Source: an uncultured Bacteroidia bacterium (GTDB lineage Bacteria; Bacteroidota; Bacteroidia; Bacteroidales; UBA932). Taken from it: DNA of 64,000 bases. The stretch lies in the NCBI GenBank assembly GCA_902780455.1, contig CACZFO010000002.1, positions 23,493-87,492 on the forward strand, written 5' to 3'. A program made the position numbers and the translations under genes. Below are positions 27,946 through 36,691 of the stretch, in pieces; positions within the stretch are counted from its first letter, which is position 1; each line of letters starts with the position of its first letter. The notes beneath the pieces were generated by a model. The model was not told where the DNA came from. It was given only the letters and a program-made list of their open reading frames with translations, and did not search any database.

Positions 27946-29871
27946 ATGAAAAAGTTATTGTTAGTTCTGGCTTCAGCATTGATGCTCTTTGCCTGCAGCA
28001 AGGAAGATGTTGCTCCGGAAATGGCTAAGGGTTCTGAAGGAAAGGTTTTCCACGCATCTTTTGAAGGCACCACAGATCCTGAAACTAAAGTTTATGCAGA
28101 TGAACAGCTTCGCCTCAGATGGGATTCAGAAGATTTGATAACTATCTTTGAAAGGAATACCGCTAATTCAAAGTACAAAATAAAGACCCTTTCACCCAAC
28201 GGAAATGCTTGCGATTTTACTTCAGTAGAATCCTCACAAGCAGGTGCTACTCTTCCTAACTTCTATGCCGTTTATCCTTATGCTGAAAACACATCCATAA
28301 GCGCTTCTGATCCATACAAGATTGAAGTTCTCCTTCCTAATGCTCAGGAATATAGAGAAAATTCCTTCGGAATTGGCGCTAACACCATGGTGGCTGTTGC
28401 CGATGATGATGATCTGATGTTCAAGAATGTATGCGGTTATCTCAGATTCCGTTTCTACGGAGAGGGTGTGAAAGTCAGCGGAGTTACATTGGAAGGAAAC
28501 AATGGTGAAAAACTGGCGGGAAGTGCCCTGATTACTCCAGGTGAGAATCCAACAGTAGAGATGGTTGAGTCCAGCGCCCAGAACAGTGTAGAATTAATTT
28601 GCGAACCAGCCGTTGAATTGGGTAGCGTCAGCACAGATTCCACCGTGTTCATTTTTGCTATACCTCCTACAACATTCTCAAAGGGTTTCAAGGTAATTGT
28701 CAGGAGTGAGGACGATAAAGTCTTCGAGAGGGTTATTACTTCAAAGAGTATTACAATAGACCGCAATAAGCTTAAGAGTATTCCTACCCTCAAAGTTGAG
28801 CTTACCGATCCTAATTATCAGTTAGTTAAGAATAATATTGATATCACAGATGGAGATTATGTACTTGCTTATCACAACGGAGAAGGTTTCAATCTCTTCA
28901 GCTTCACCAAGACTATGGCCAATGCTGAAACCGCAGCAAACAATGTCAAGGACGTTCACGGTCTGAGTGCCCTGCTCAGCAAGGGGTCACAGATCTATGC
29001 AACTGTTGTAGGAAAGAACTACGTAACCGTTGAAGGAAATGCCGGTGCTGATTTTATCAATATAACTGATGAAGTTGAAGCTGAAGCCAAGCTTTCCGTT
29101 ACTGGAACAGCTGACGAAGCTAACTTGACTCTTTCTAGCGGCAGCTACAGTCTCCGCCTCGACAAGGTTATAACCAACATCAACGACGACTACTCAGCAA
29201 CCCTTTCCGTTCAGCCGAATGCCCCGGATGCTCTCAACATCATGTATTCTCTCCGTGGCGGCAAGGTTGTCATCACATTCAACGAGTTGATCAACTTTGC
29301 GGTAGACCAGGCAAAGAAGGAAGGCGTTACCTTTACCCCTGAGCAGATTGCCCGCCTTCGCAGCGGCTTCTTGAAACTCTGCAAGCTTGCCAAGGAAGAG
29401 CTGGCTGAGCACAACATGGGTAACCTTATGGACATCGATCTGAATACCAATGTATTTGATGTCATTGCACAGTACTATGACAATGCTGCATCATATTCAC
29501 TTCAGATTGCTCCTGAGAAGAAGTTCGGTTGGGCAACCCCTATCGGATTCTACAAGGGTGATGACGGATTCACTGCTAACATAGCTCTGCCTCAGGCAGG
29601 ATGGTTCGACCGCGTTGCAGAATCTCTCACCAAGAATAACAGAGCAGATTTCGTTGCTTATTGGGCCCAGTATGACAGCCAGTACCATATCCTTGATATC
29701 TCAAACTTCTTCCAGAGGCTTGCCGGCAAATTCTATGATGAATTGGACCCTAGTACATATGCTCTCCTTCAGCAGGTAGACTTCAGGGCTATCGGAAGAG
29801 TTTATGGCAGATATGTCAACCGCTTCAACGACAAGCTCGAGAAGGTTTACCTCTACAAGAAGATTAAATAG
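27946..29871 (+). CDS. Large surface lipoprotein 4: fimbrillin-like N-terminal half plus a C-terminal region of unknown function
   Basis: 641 aa with lipobox LMLFACSK. N-terminal motifs are LRWDSEDLIT, FYAVYPY, LPNAQ and NTMVAVA. Confidence 0.7.
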   Translation: MKKLLLVLASALMLFACSKEDVAPEMAKGSEGKVFHASFEGTTDPETKVYADEQLRLRWDSEDLITIFERNTANSKYKIKTLSPNGNACDFTSVESSQAGATLPNFYAVYPYAENTSISASDPYKIEVLLPNAQEYRENSFGIGANTMVAVADDDDLMFKNVCGYLRFRFYGEGVKVSGVTLEGNNGEKLAGSALITPGENPTVEMVESSAQNSVELICEPAVELGSVSTDSTVFIFAIPPTTFSKGFKVIVRSEDDKVFERVITSKSITIDRNKLKSIPTLKVELTDPNYQLVKNNIDITDGDYVLAYHNGEGFNLFSFTKTMANAETAANNVKDVHGLSALLSKGSQIYATVVGKNYVTVEGNAGADFINITDEVEAEAKLSVTGTADEANLTLSSGSYSLRLDKVITNINDDYSATLSVQPNAPDALNIMYSLRGGKVVITFNELINFAVDQAKKEGVTFTPEQIARLRSGFLKLCKLAKEELAEHNMGNLMDIDLNTNVFDVIAQYYDNAASYSLQIAPEKKFGWATPIGFYKGDDGFTANIALPQAGWFDRVAESLTKNNRADFVAYWAQYDSQYHILDISNFFQRLAGKFYDELDPSTYALLQQVDFRAIGRVYGRYVNRFNDKLEKVYLYKKIK

Positions 29872-29920
29872 TAAAAGTTTTATACAGCTATTACTGAAAA
29901 ATAGCGTTGTTGTTTTTTAG

Positions 29921-29956
29921 AGACTGCCGGTCCGTTTGGGCTGGCAGTCTTGTTTT
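29921..29956 (+). terminator. Rho-independent terminator after lipoprotein 4
   Basis: A stem of about 13 bp (agactgccggtcc / gggctggcagtct, including G-U pairs), a tetraloop, then tgtttt. Confidence 0.7.
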
Positions 29957-30029
29957 ATGAGGGCCATCGGTTTTGCATATTATCATTTTTTGGAGTAACT
30001 TTACTCGGTTAAATTTTTGAATTCAAATT

Positions 30030-30548
30030 ATGTCTTTTAACAAAGTATTGATTTTAGGAAATGCCGCCGCAGCACCTGAGGTAAGGCATTTGGAAGGAGG
30101 AGCGGTTGTGGCTAACTTCCGTGTTGCAACATCAGAAGTTTTCACAGACCGCAGCGGCAACCGCCAGGAGAGGACCGAGTGGCACAACATCGTGTGCTGG
30201 AGACGTTTGGCAGAAACTGCCGAGAAATTTATCCAGAAAGGAACACAGGTATTCATTGAAGGAAGGATCCGCACACGTGAATATACAGACCAGAACAATC
30301 AGAGAAGGTTTGTAACTGAAATCTACGCAGACAACATCCAGCTCACCGGCAGGCGTCCTGAAGGCCAGGCACCGGCCCAGAACCAGGGCGGATACCAGCA
30401 GAATGGATATCAGCAGGGCGGATATCAGCAAGGTGGATATCAGCCTCAGAAGCCCCAGCAGAGTGCACCTCAGGCACCTTCTGCTCCTCAGGACTTCCCT
30501 GCAATGGATGACTTCAATTCAACTGAGGCAAATGACCTTCCGTTCTGA
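30030..30548 (+). CDS. ssb: Single-stranded DNA-binding protein
   Basis: 172 aa with an OB fold (NKVLILGNAAAAPEVRH...), a Gly/Gln/Tyr-rich linker (GGYQQ repeats) and an acidic tip ending DLPF. Confidence 0.9.
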   Translation: MSFNKVLILGNAAAAPEVRHLEGGAVVANFRVATSEVFTDRSGNRQERTEWHNIVCWRRLAETAEKFIQKGTQVFIEGRIRTREYTDQNNQRRFVTEIYADNIQLTGRRPEGQAPAQNQGGYQQNGYQQGGYQQGGYQPQKPQQSAPQAPSAPQDFPAMDDFNSTEANDLPF

Positions 30549-30658
30549 TACCGGATATTTCCTAAGTATCGCGATTATTGAGTTGTTACTCAAGTTTTAT
30601 ACTACGGTAAGAGAATTATATTTTATAGACTAAATAAATCTTAATATCTGTCTGACTT

Positions 30659-31918
30659 ATGAAAGTTGATGTGGTATTGGGCCTGCAATGGGGAGACGAG
30701 GGCAAAGGCAAGATAGTTGATGTCCTTGCAAAGAACTACCCCGTAATCTGCAGATTCCAGGGAGGTCCGAACGCCGGGCACTCCCTCCAGTTCTCCGGAA
30801 AAAGTTTTGTACTGCACTCAGTTCCTGCCGGAGTTTTCCGCAAGAACACCGTTAACGTAATCGGTAACGGAGTGGTCTTGGATCCTATTATCTTCCAGGA
30901 AGAGTGCCAGGCCATAGCCAAAATGGGAGTAGATCCTACAAAGAACATAATTATTTCCAAGAGAGCGCATCTGATACTCCCTACCCACAGGATCATGGAT
31001 GCCGCCAGCGAGGCAAGCCTTGGCAAGACCAAGATAGGTTCCACCCTCAAGGGAATCGGTCCTACATACATGGACAAGACCGGAAGGAACGGCCTCAGGA
31101 TTGGAGACGTCCTGTCAAAGGAATTCAAGAAAAGGTTCAATACACTCAAACAAAAGCATGTTGCCTATCTCAAGCAGTTTGACTTTGAGTACGATGTAAA
31201 CAAGAACGAGAAAGAGTGGTTCAAGGCCATAGAATATCTCCGGAAGTTCAAAATCGTAGACAGCGAGTATGAGCTCAACTCCCTTCTCAAGACAAAGAAG
31301 GCCCTGGCAGAGGGTGCCCAGGGAACAATGCTGGACGTTGACTTTGGAGCATATCCGTTTGTGACATCATCATCAACGATATGTGCAGGTGCCTGCACCG
31401 GACTCGGAGTTGCACCAACCAGGATCGGCAAGGTATTCGGAGTTTTCAAGGCCTATTGCACCAGGGTTGGAAGCGGACCTTTCCCTACTGAGCTCAACGA
31501 TGCAGTTGGCGAAGAAATCCGCCAGAAAGGCCACGAATTCGGAGCTACGACCGGAAGGCCGAGAAGGACCGGATGGCTGGACCTTCCTGCCCTCAAGTTT
31601 GCCATAATGGTAGACGGTGTAACCGACCTTATCATGATGAAGGCAGACGTGCTTGACACCTTTGACACAATCAAGGTTGCAACCGGCTACAAGGTAGACG
31701 GAAAGAAGACAGACCGCTATCCGTTTGACACCGCTGCTTCTATTGAGCCTCTGTACAAGGAGTTCAAGGGCTGGAAGAAAGACCTTACCAAGTGCAAGGG
31801 CGCCGATGAACTTCCGGCTGCGTTCAAGCGTTACATTGCCTTTATTGAAAAGGAACTCGGAGTCAAGATCTCTTACGTTTCAGTAGGCCCAGACCGTTCG
31901 CAGACCATAAAACTCTAA
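30659..31918 (+). CDS. purA: Adenylosuccinate synthetase
   Basis: 419 aa with QWGDEGKGKIVD and GGPNAGH. Confidence 0.95.
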   Translation: MKVDVVLGLQWGDEGKGKIVDVLAKNYPVICRFQGGPNAGHSLQFSGKSFVLHSVPAGVFRKNTVNVIGNGVVLDPIIFQEECQAIAKMGVDPTKNIIISKRAHLILPTHRIMDAASEASLGKTKIGSTLKGIGPTYMDKTGRNGLRIGDVLSKEFKKRFNTLKQKHVAYLKQFDFEYDVNKNEKEWFKAIEYLRKFKIVDSEYELNSLLKTKKALAEGAQGTMLDVDFGAYPFVTSSSTICAGACTGLGVAPTRIGKVFGVFKAYCTRVGSGPFPTELNDAVGEEIRQKGHEFGATTGRPRRTGWLDLPALKFAIMVDGVTDLIMMKADVLDTFDTIKVATGYKVDGKKTDRYPFDTAASIEPLYKEFKGWKKDLTKCKGADELPAAFKRYIAFIEKELGVKISYVSVGPDRSQTIKL

Positions 31919-31954
31919 AAAGAAGCTGCCGCTTAACTGATTATTACTCAATGC

Positions 31955-32002
31955 ATTATAAAAAGTCCCTCTCCTTAATCAAGGGGAGGGACTTTTTATA
32001 AT
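31955..32002. terminator. Bidirectional terminator between convergent purA and the first MFS gene
   Basis: A 20-bp stem (attataaaaagtccctctcc / ggggagggactttttataat, one G-U pair) with an 8-nt loop. The A5/T5 runs lie within the stem arms. Confidence 0.75.
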
Positions 32003-32044
32003 CATCTATTTACCAGCCATTTAAGCGGCAGGCAAGTTTCTGTC

Positions 32045-33466
32045 TTATTTCTTCTTGTTAGGAAGGTCAAGTTCCAGCTGAGGATTCTTCTTTGAAGAAG
32101 CCTTGAGAAGGAGGGAAACTACCACTGCAACTATTCCAAGGCCGATGAAGATGTACTCTGCCCTGACGGCAGCGGTAATCTCCTGGGCGTGGTTGCCGGC
32201 ATCGATCACATATTTCTTGAGAACTCCGCCAACGAAGATTGGAACAAGGAGCATACCCATGTTCTGGATCCAGTAAATGAGAGAGTAAGCTGTACCCAGG
32301 TTCTTCTCCGGAATGATCTTAGGAACGCTTGGCCACATGGCTGCAGGAACAAGGCTGTAGCCGATACCGAGGATACCGATTGCGGTGTATCCGGAAATCT
32401 GGCTTCCTTCCGGAGCAAAGGCTATGATAAGGTGAGCGGCAAGAACCATGCAGCTGCCCAGAATCATCCATGTCGTAGCCTTACCTATCTTGTCTACCAG
32501 GATTCCGAACAGAGGAGTACCTATTACCGTGCAGAAAGGAATCATTGAAACCATCCATGCTGCGGTTTCTACATCCAGTCCGAATCTAGGGATGATGATG
32601 GAGGTTGCAAACTTCTTGAAAGAAATGATGCAGCAGTAGAAGAATACACAAAGCAGGGATATGAGGATGTAGTGCTTGTTGGTCAGGATCTTGAAAATGT
32701 CTGAGAACTTGAACTTGTCATCCTCTGAGGTTTCCTTGGTGTCGGTTTCACCGGTCTGCTTGTCAAACTTGGCGTCCATCGTGATGAATACGCTCCACAG
32801 GATTACACCCAGAACCATTATTCCAAGGCCCACCAGAGCCGGACGGTTGGTTTCTGCAAATGTGTACAGAGCGTCTTTGGCATGCTCGCCAACAAGAATA
32901 GGAGAAAGCACAAAGGCCATGGCAGTACCAAGTCTGGCTATAGCAAGCTGGGCTCCCATTGCAAAGGCCATTTCCTTGCCCTTGAACCACTTGGCAATTG
33001 AACGCGTTACGGCAACTCCGGCTATTTCACTGCCCAGGCCGAATAGCATGCACCCCACGTATGCGAGCCAGAGAGAAGGTTTGGCTATTCCTACTGAAGT
33101 GTGCATCCAGTTTGCCAGGCCGCTGCCGTTAAAGCTGCTGGAGATTGCATAAGCCACAATGGCTGCACCACCAACCATCATTCCAACGAAGATGGAACCT
33201 GTAATCCTGACACCCCATTTGTCCAGGAGCATTCCGCAGATGATAAGGCCTCCCCATACGCACAGGAAGGAATAACCGCCGGCATAGAATCCGTAGTTCT
33301 GGGAATCCCAACCAAGCTGGAGCATTTCAGGAGTCTTGAAGATATGGCTCAGGGTAGAGAACATATCATCAAAGAAGTACGATGCAAACATCGGTACCAC
33401 AAGACACGCAAGCACAATCCACCTTGCGCTCTTGGAGTCTCTGAGTAGTTTAACTGCTTTGTTCAT
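32045..33466 (-). CDS. MFS transporter, paralogue 1
   Basis: 473 aa with about 12 TM segments. Its N-terminus RWIVLACLVVPMFASYFFDD is shared with the two neighbouring MFS genes. Confidence 0.8.
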   Translation of the reverse strand: MNKAVKLLRDSKSARWIVLACLVVPMFASYFFDDMFSTLSHIFKTPEMLQLGWDSQNYGFYAGGYSFLCVWGGLIICGMLLDKWGVRITGSIFVGMMVGGAAIVAYAISSSFNGSGLANWMHTSVGIAKPSLWLAYVGCMLFGLGSEIAGVAVTRSIAKWFKGKEMAFAMGAQLAIARLGTAMAFVLSPILVGEHAKDALYTFAETNRPALVGLGIMVLGVILWSVFITMDAKFDKQTGETDTKETSEDDKFKFSDIFKILTNKHYILISLLCVFFYCCIISFKKFATSIIIPRFGLDVETAAWMVSMIPFCTVIGTPLFGILVDKIGKATTWMILGSCMVLAAHLIIAFAPEGSQISGYTAIGILGIGYSLVPAAMWPSVPKIIPEKNLGTAYSLIYWIQNMGMLLVPIFVGGVLKKYVIDAGNHAQEITAAVRAEYIFIGLGIVAVVVSLLLKASSKKNPQLELDLPNKKK

Positions 33467-33551
33467 CTTTTATAATTTATTGAATATTTTCTGGTTAATG
33501 AGCAACGTTCATTCCTTGGAAATCCCGGTGCTGTTTGTGAAAACGCTCTTG

Positions 33552-35174
33552 TTAATCCTTGATATTAGGTTCTTCAAGGCCGTATCCTTTCTTGCGGTCT
33601 ATCCTCTTGAGGACAAAGCCCAGAAGCAGGGCAGCAACGCCGAGGAACGCCAGCATCAGAAGAGGAGCGGTATAGTCGAGCTGGGTAGGATCCTCAACGC
33701 CAGGATTTGTCTTGTCAAGAATCTTGCCTATAAGCAGAGGGAAGAGCCACAGACCAATGTTCTGAATCCAGAAGATAAGAGCGTAGGCGCTTCCTATGAT
33801 CTTTGCATCCACGAGTTTAGGAACGCTTGGCCACAGCGATGCAGGAACCAGGGAGAATGAAGATCCCAGAACCAGGATGGTTACATAAGCTATTATCACA
33901 CCGCCAACCTGGCTGCCCTTGAACATCGGAAGGATGAAGGCAAATGTAAGGTGGCAGAATATGAGAAGCAGGGAACCCAGAACCAGCATGCTGGCTGCTT
34001 TTCCCTTGTGGTCCACATAGCTTCCCAGGATAGGAGTGATACCTACTGCAAGCAGAGGGAATACGGCAAAGATGGTTTCTGCGCTCTGCCTCATGTAGCC
34101 CATGTAGCAGAATGCAACAAGAGCTATTATCGCGATTGCAAGCATGGTGTATTTCATGCCCTTGCTCTTTGAGAAGTTGCTCATGAAGGCGGCAACGGCA
34201 ACAACCAGCATTATCACATACTGGACTATGGTCACCGTGTTGGTTGCCCAGAAGGAATCCTTAGGGAGTTCAGTGAAAGTGAGGTTGCACTGGAGCATGT
34301 TGACCGCATACTTCTGGAACGGGAAAATCGCAGAATAGTAAAGCACGCAAAGAAGGGCTACGATCCAGAATCCGCTGCTTCTGAGGATAGCTCCTATATC
34401 GCTGACCTTGAAAGGATCGTCCTTTTCTTCGGCCTCTCCGGTCTGGGCATCCAGCTTCTTGTCCATGAAGAAGTAGACTATGAACATGATCAGGGCAATC
34501 ATCAGCAGCACTACTCCAAAGGCAACTGAACGGGAGACATCTATGCTTCCTCCCAGCTTGGCAAACATCGGAGAGAATATCATGCAGGTGGCAACACCCA
34601 GTCTGGCGAGAGCCATCTCGGAACCCATTGCAAGGGCCATTTCCCTACCCTTGAACCACTTGACGATACCTCGGGATACCGTGATACCGGCCATCTCAGC
34701 TCCGCAGCCGAAAATCATGAAACCAACTGCTGCAAGCTTGGCAGAAGCAGGCATGCCCCTGTAGAACGGAGAAATGCCGAGCTCGTCAAAACCCGGGATG
34801 TAGTTGAGGTTGTTGTCAAACCAGGTTGCTATTGAAGAAGAAGTGAAAGCCTCCTCAACAGCATACCACTTGATGAGTGCACCCACCAGCATCACGATTC
34901 CTGAGAGAACTGCCGTGAACCTCACACCCATCTTGTCCAGGATGATACCCGCGAAGATGAGGAAGAACACAAAGACGTTCAGGAATGTCTCGGAGCCCTG
35001 CATGGTTCCAAAAGCTGTTGAATCCCAGCCTCTTGTCTCCTGCATCAAGTCTTTGATAGGAGACAGGATGTCCATGAAGATGTAGGCGCAGAACATTGCA
35101 AGCGCAAGCAGCAGAAGTGCAGTCCAGCGCATTGCAGCCGAATCTCTCAATGTCTTTTTTAATTCTGTTGTCAT
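33552..35174 (-). CDS. MFS transporter, paralogue 2
   Basis: 540 aa, multi-TM. N-terminus RWTALLLLALAMFCAYIFMD and the motif WFKGREMALAMG. Confidence 0.8.
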   Translation of the reverse strand: MTTELKKTLRDSAAMRWTALLLLALAMFCAYIFMDILSPIKDLMQETRGWDSTAFGTMQGSETFLNVFVFFLIFAGIILDKMGVRFTAVLSGIVMLVGALIKWYAVEEAFTSSSIATWFDNNLNYIPGFDELGISPFYRGMPASAKLAAVGFMIFGCGAEMAGITVSRGIVKWFKGREMALAMGSEMALARLGVATCMIFSPMFAKLGGSIDVSRSVAFGVVLLMIALIMFIVYFFMDKKLDAQTGEAEEKDDPFKVSDIGAILRSSGFWIVALLCVLYYSAIFPFQKYAVNMLQCNLTFTELPKDSFWATNTVTIVQYVIMLVVAVAAFMSNFSKSKGMKYTMLAIAIIALVAFCYMGYMRQSAETIFAVFPLLAVGITPILGSYVDHKGKAASMLVLGSLLLIFCHLTFAFILPMFKGSQVGGVIIAYVTILVLGSSFSLVPASLWPSVPKLVDAKIIGSAYALIFWIQNIGLWLFPLLIGKILDKTNPGVEDPTQLDYTAPLLMLAFLGVAALLLGFVLKRIDRKKGYGLEEPNIKD

Positions 35175-35222
35175 TATTTGTATGTTTTGATAATATTAAT
35201 CTCGTTTCTTGCCCGAAATGAC

Positions 35223-35256
35223 TTCGCAATTTACAAAATATTGAGTAAATTGCGAA
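35223..35256. promoter_or_regulatory. Perfect 12-bp inverted repeat TTCGCAATTTAC-N10-GTAAATTGCGAA in the divergent MFS2/MFS3 intergenic region
   Basis: Verified by reverse complement. It ends 22 nt upstream of the MFS3 ATG. Confidence 0.5.
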
Positions 35257-35278
35257 CTGTTTTCAGGAAAGATAACTT

Positions 35279-36676
35279 ATGGAACAAGTCAGCAAATTGC
35301 TCAAGGATTCGTCCCGTGCAAGGTGGACGGCACTGCTTATAGTGTCGTTCGTCATGTTTGCAGCCTATCTGGCTTCCGACGTCTATTCTCCTCTGAAGAC
35401 CTTGCTTGAGGAGAACAACTCATGGACCAGTACGGAATACGGTTATTTCGGAGCAGCCCAAAGTGTATTCAACGTCTTTCTTGGAATGCTGATATTCAGC
35501 GGTTTGCTCCTGGACAAGAAAGGCATCAGGCTTACCGGAAACCTCGGTTGCATCCTCATGGTTGTGGGTTTTGCCCTCAAGTACTACGCGGTTACCTTCA
35601 TTCCTTCCTCAGCAGGTGACGTAAGCCTTTTCTGGCTGAGCATGAAGAAACAGGTTTTCTGGGCCAGCCTCGGATTCGCCATATTCGGAACCGGCTGCGA
35701 AATGGCCGGCATATCCATCAGCAAAGCCATAGTCAAATGGTTCAAGGGCAAGGAACTTGCGCTGGCCATGGCCATACAGCTTTCAATTGCCAGACTTGGA
35801 AGCGGAGTAGCCCTGATATTCTCGCCGATGATCTCGGAAAGGCTGAACAACGTTACCACAACGGTTCTCATAGGACTCGTATTCCTTGCCATAGGAATGC
35901 TGGGATTCTTTGTGTACTGCATTCAGGACAAGAAACTTGACAACCAGCTCAAAGCCATTGCAAAGGAGGAAGGGCGCACGGAAGAATCGTCTTTCTCCTT
36001 CAAGGACGTAAAGATGATCATATCCAACCCCGGATTCTGGCTGATATCCGTACTGTGCCTGATCTTCTATGCTGCAGTGAGCCCTTTCTTCAAGTTCACA
36101 TCTGACCTTATGGTTAACAAATTCAACGATGTAACTCCTTTTTATTCAGGAATATTCCCATCTCTGATACCTTTTGGATGCATATTGTTCTCCCCTCTTT
36201 TCGGAGCAATCTATGACAAGTACGGCAAGGGCACGCTGCTTATGATCATCGGTGCCTTGTCAATTACCGTGGTCCATGTAGTGTTCGGTCTTCCGGGAGT
36301 CCATCAGATCTGGGTTGCGGTAGTGCTTCTTCTGTTGCTCGGCCTGGGCTACGCCATGCTGCCTGCCGCCCTCTGGCCTTCACTGGCCAAGATAATGCCG
36401 CAGAAACAGTACGGAACGGCCATCGCCCTGGCATTCTTCATCCAGAACATAGGACTGATGCTGGTGCCGATGGTTATCGGATGGGTACTGGACAAATTCT
36501 GCGTCATGTCTTCATACGTTTCCGGAACCGTAAGTTATCCAGACAACATCAAATACGACTATACTCTGCCTCAGATCATATTTGCAGCAATGGGTGTCTG
36601 CGCCATAATACTCGCCTTCGCCCTGAAAAAGCTTGACCGAAAGAAAAACTATGGTCTGGACAAAGGAAAACAATAA
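35279..36676 (+). CDS. MFS transporter, paralogue 3
   Basis: 465 aa. N-terminus RWTALLIVSFVMFAAYLASD and the motif WFKGKELALAMA. It ends 15 nt upstream of dxs. Confidence 0.8.
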   Translation: MEQVSKLLKDSSRARWTALLIVSFVMFAAYLASDVYSPLKTLLEENNSWTSTEYGYFGAAQSVFNVFLGMLIFSGLLLDKKGIRLTGNLGCILMVVGFALKYYAVTFIPSSAGDVSLFWLSMKKQVFWASLGFAIFGTGCEMAGISISKAIVKWFKGKELALAMAIQLSIARLGSGVALIFSPMISERLNNVTTTVLIGLVFLAIGMLGFFVYCIQDKKLDNQLKAIAKEEGRTEESSFSFKDVKMIISNPGFWLISVLCLIFYAAVSPFFKFTSDLMVNKFNDVTPFYSGIFPSLIPFGCILFSPLFGAIYDKYGKGTLLMIIGALSITVVHVVFGLPGVHQIWVAVVLLLLLGLGYAMLPAALWPSLAKIMPQKQYGTAIALAFFIQNIGLMLVPMVIGWVLDKFCVMSSYVSGTVSYPDNIKYDYTLPQIIFAAMGVCAIILAFALKKLDRKKNYGLDKGKQ

Positions 36677-36691
36677 GAAACGATTTCAGTA

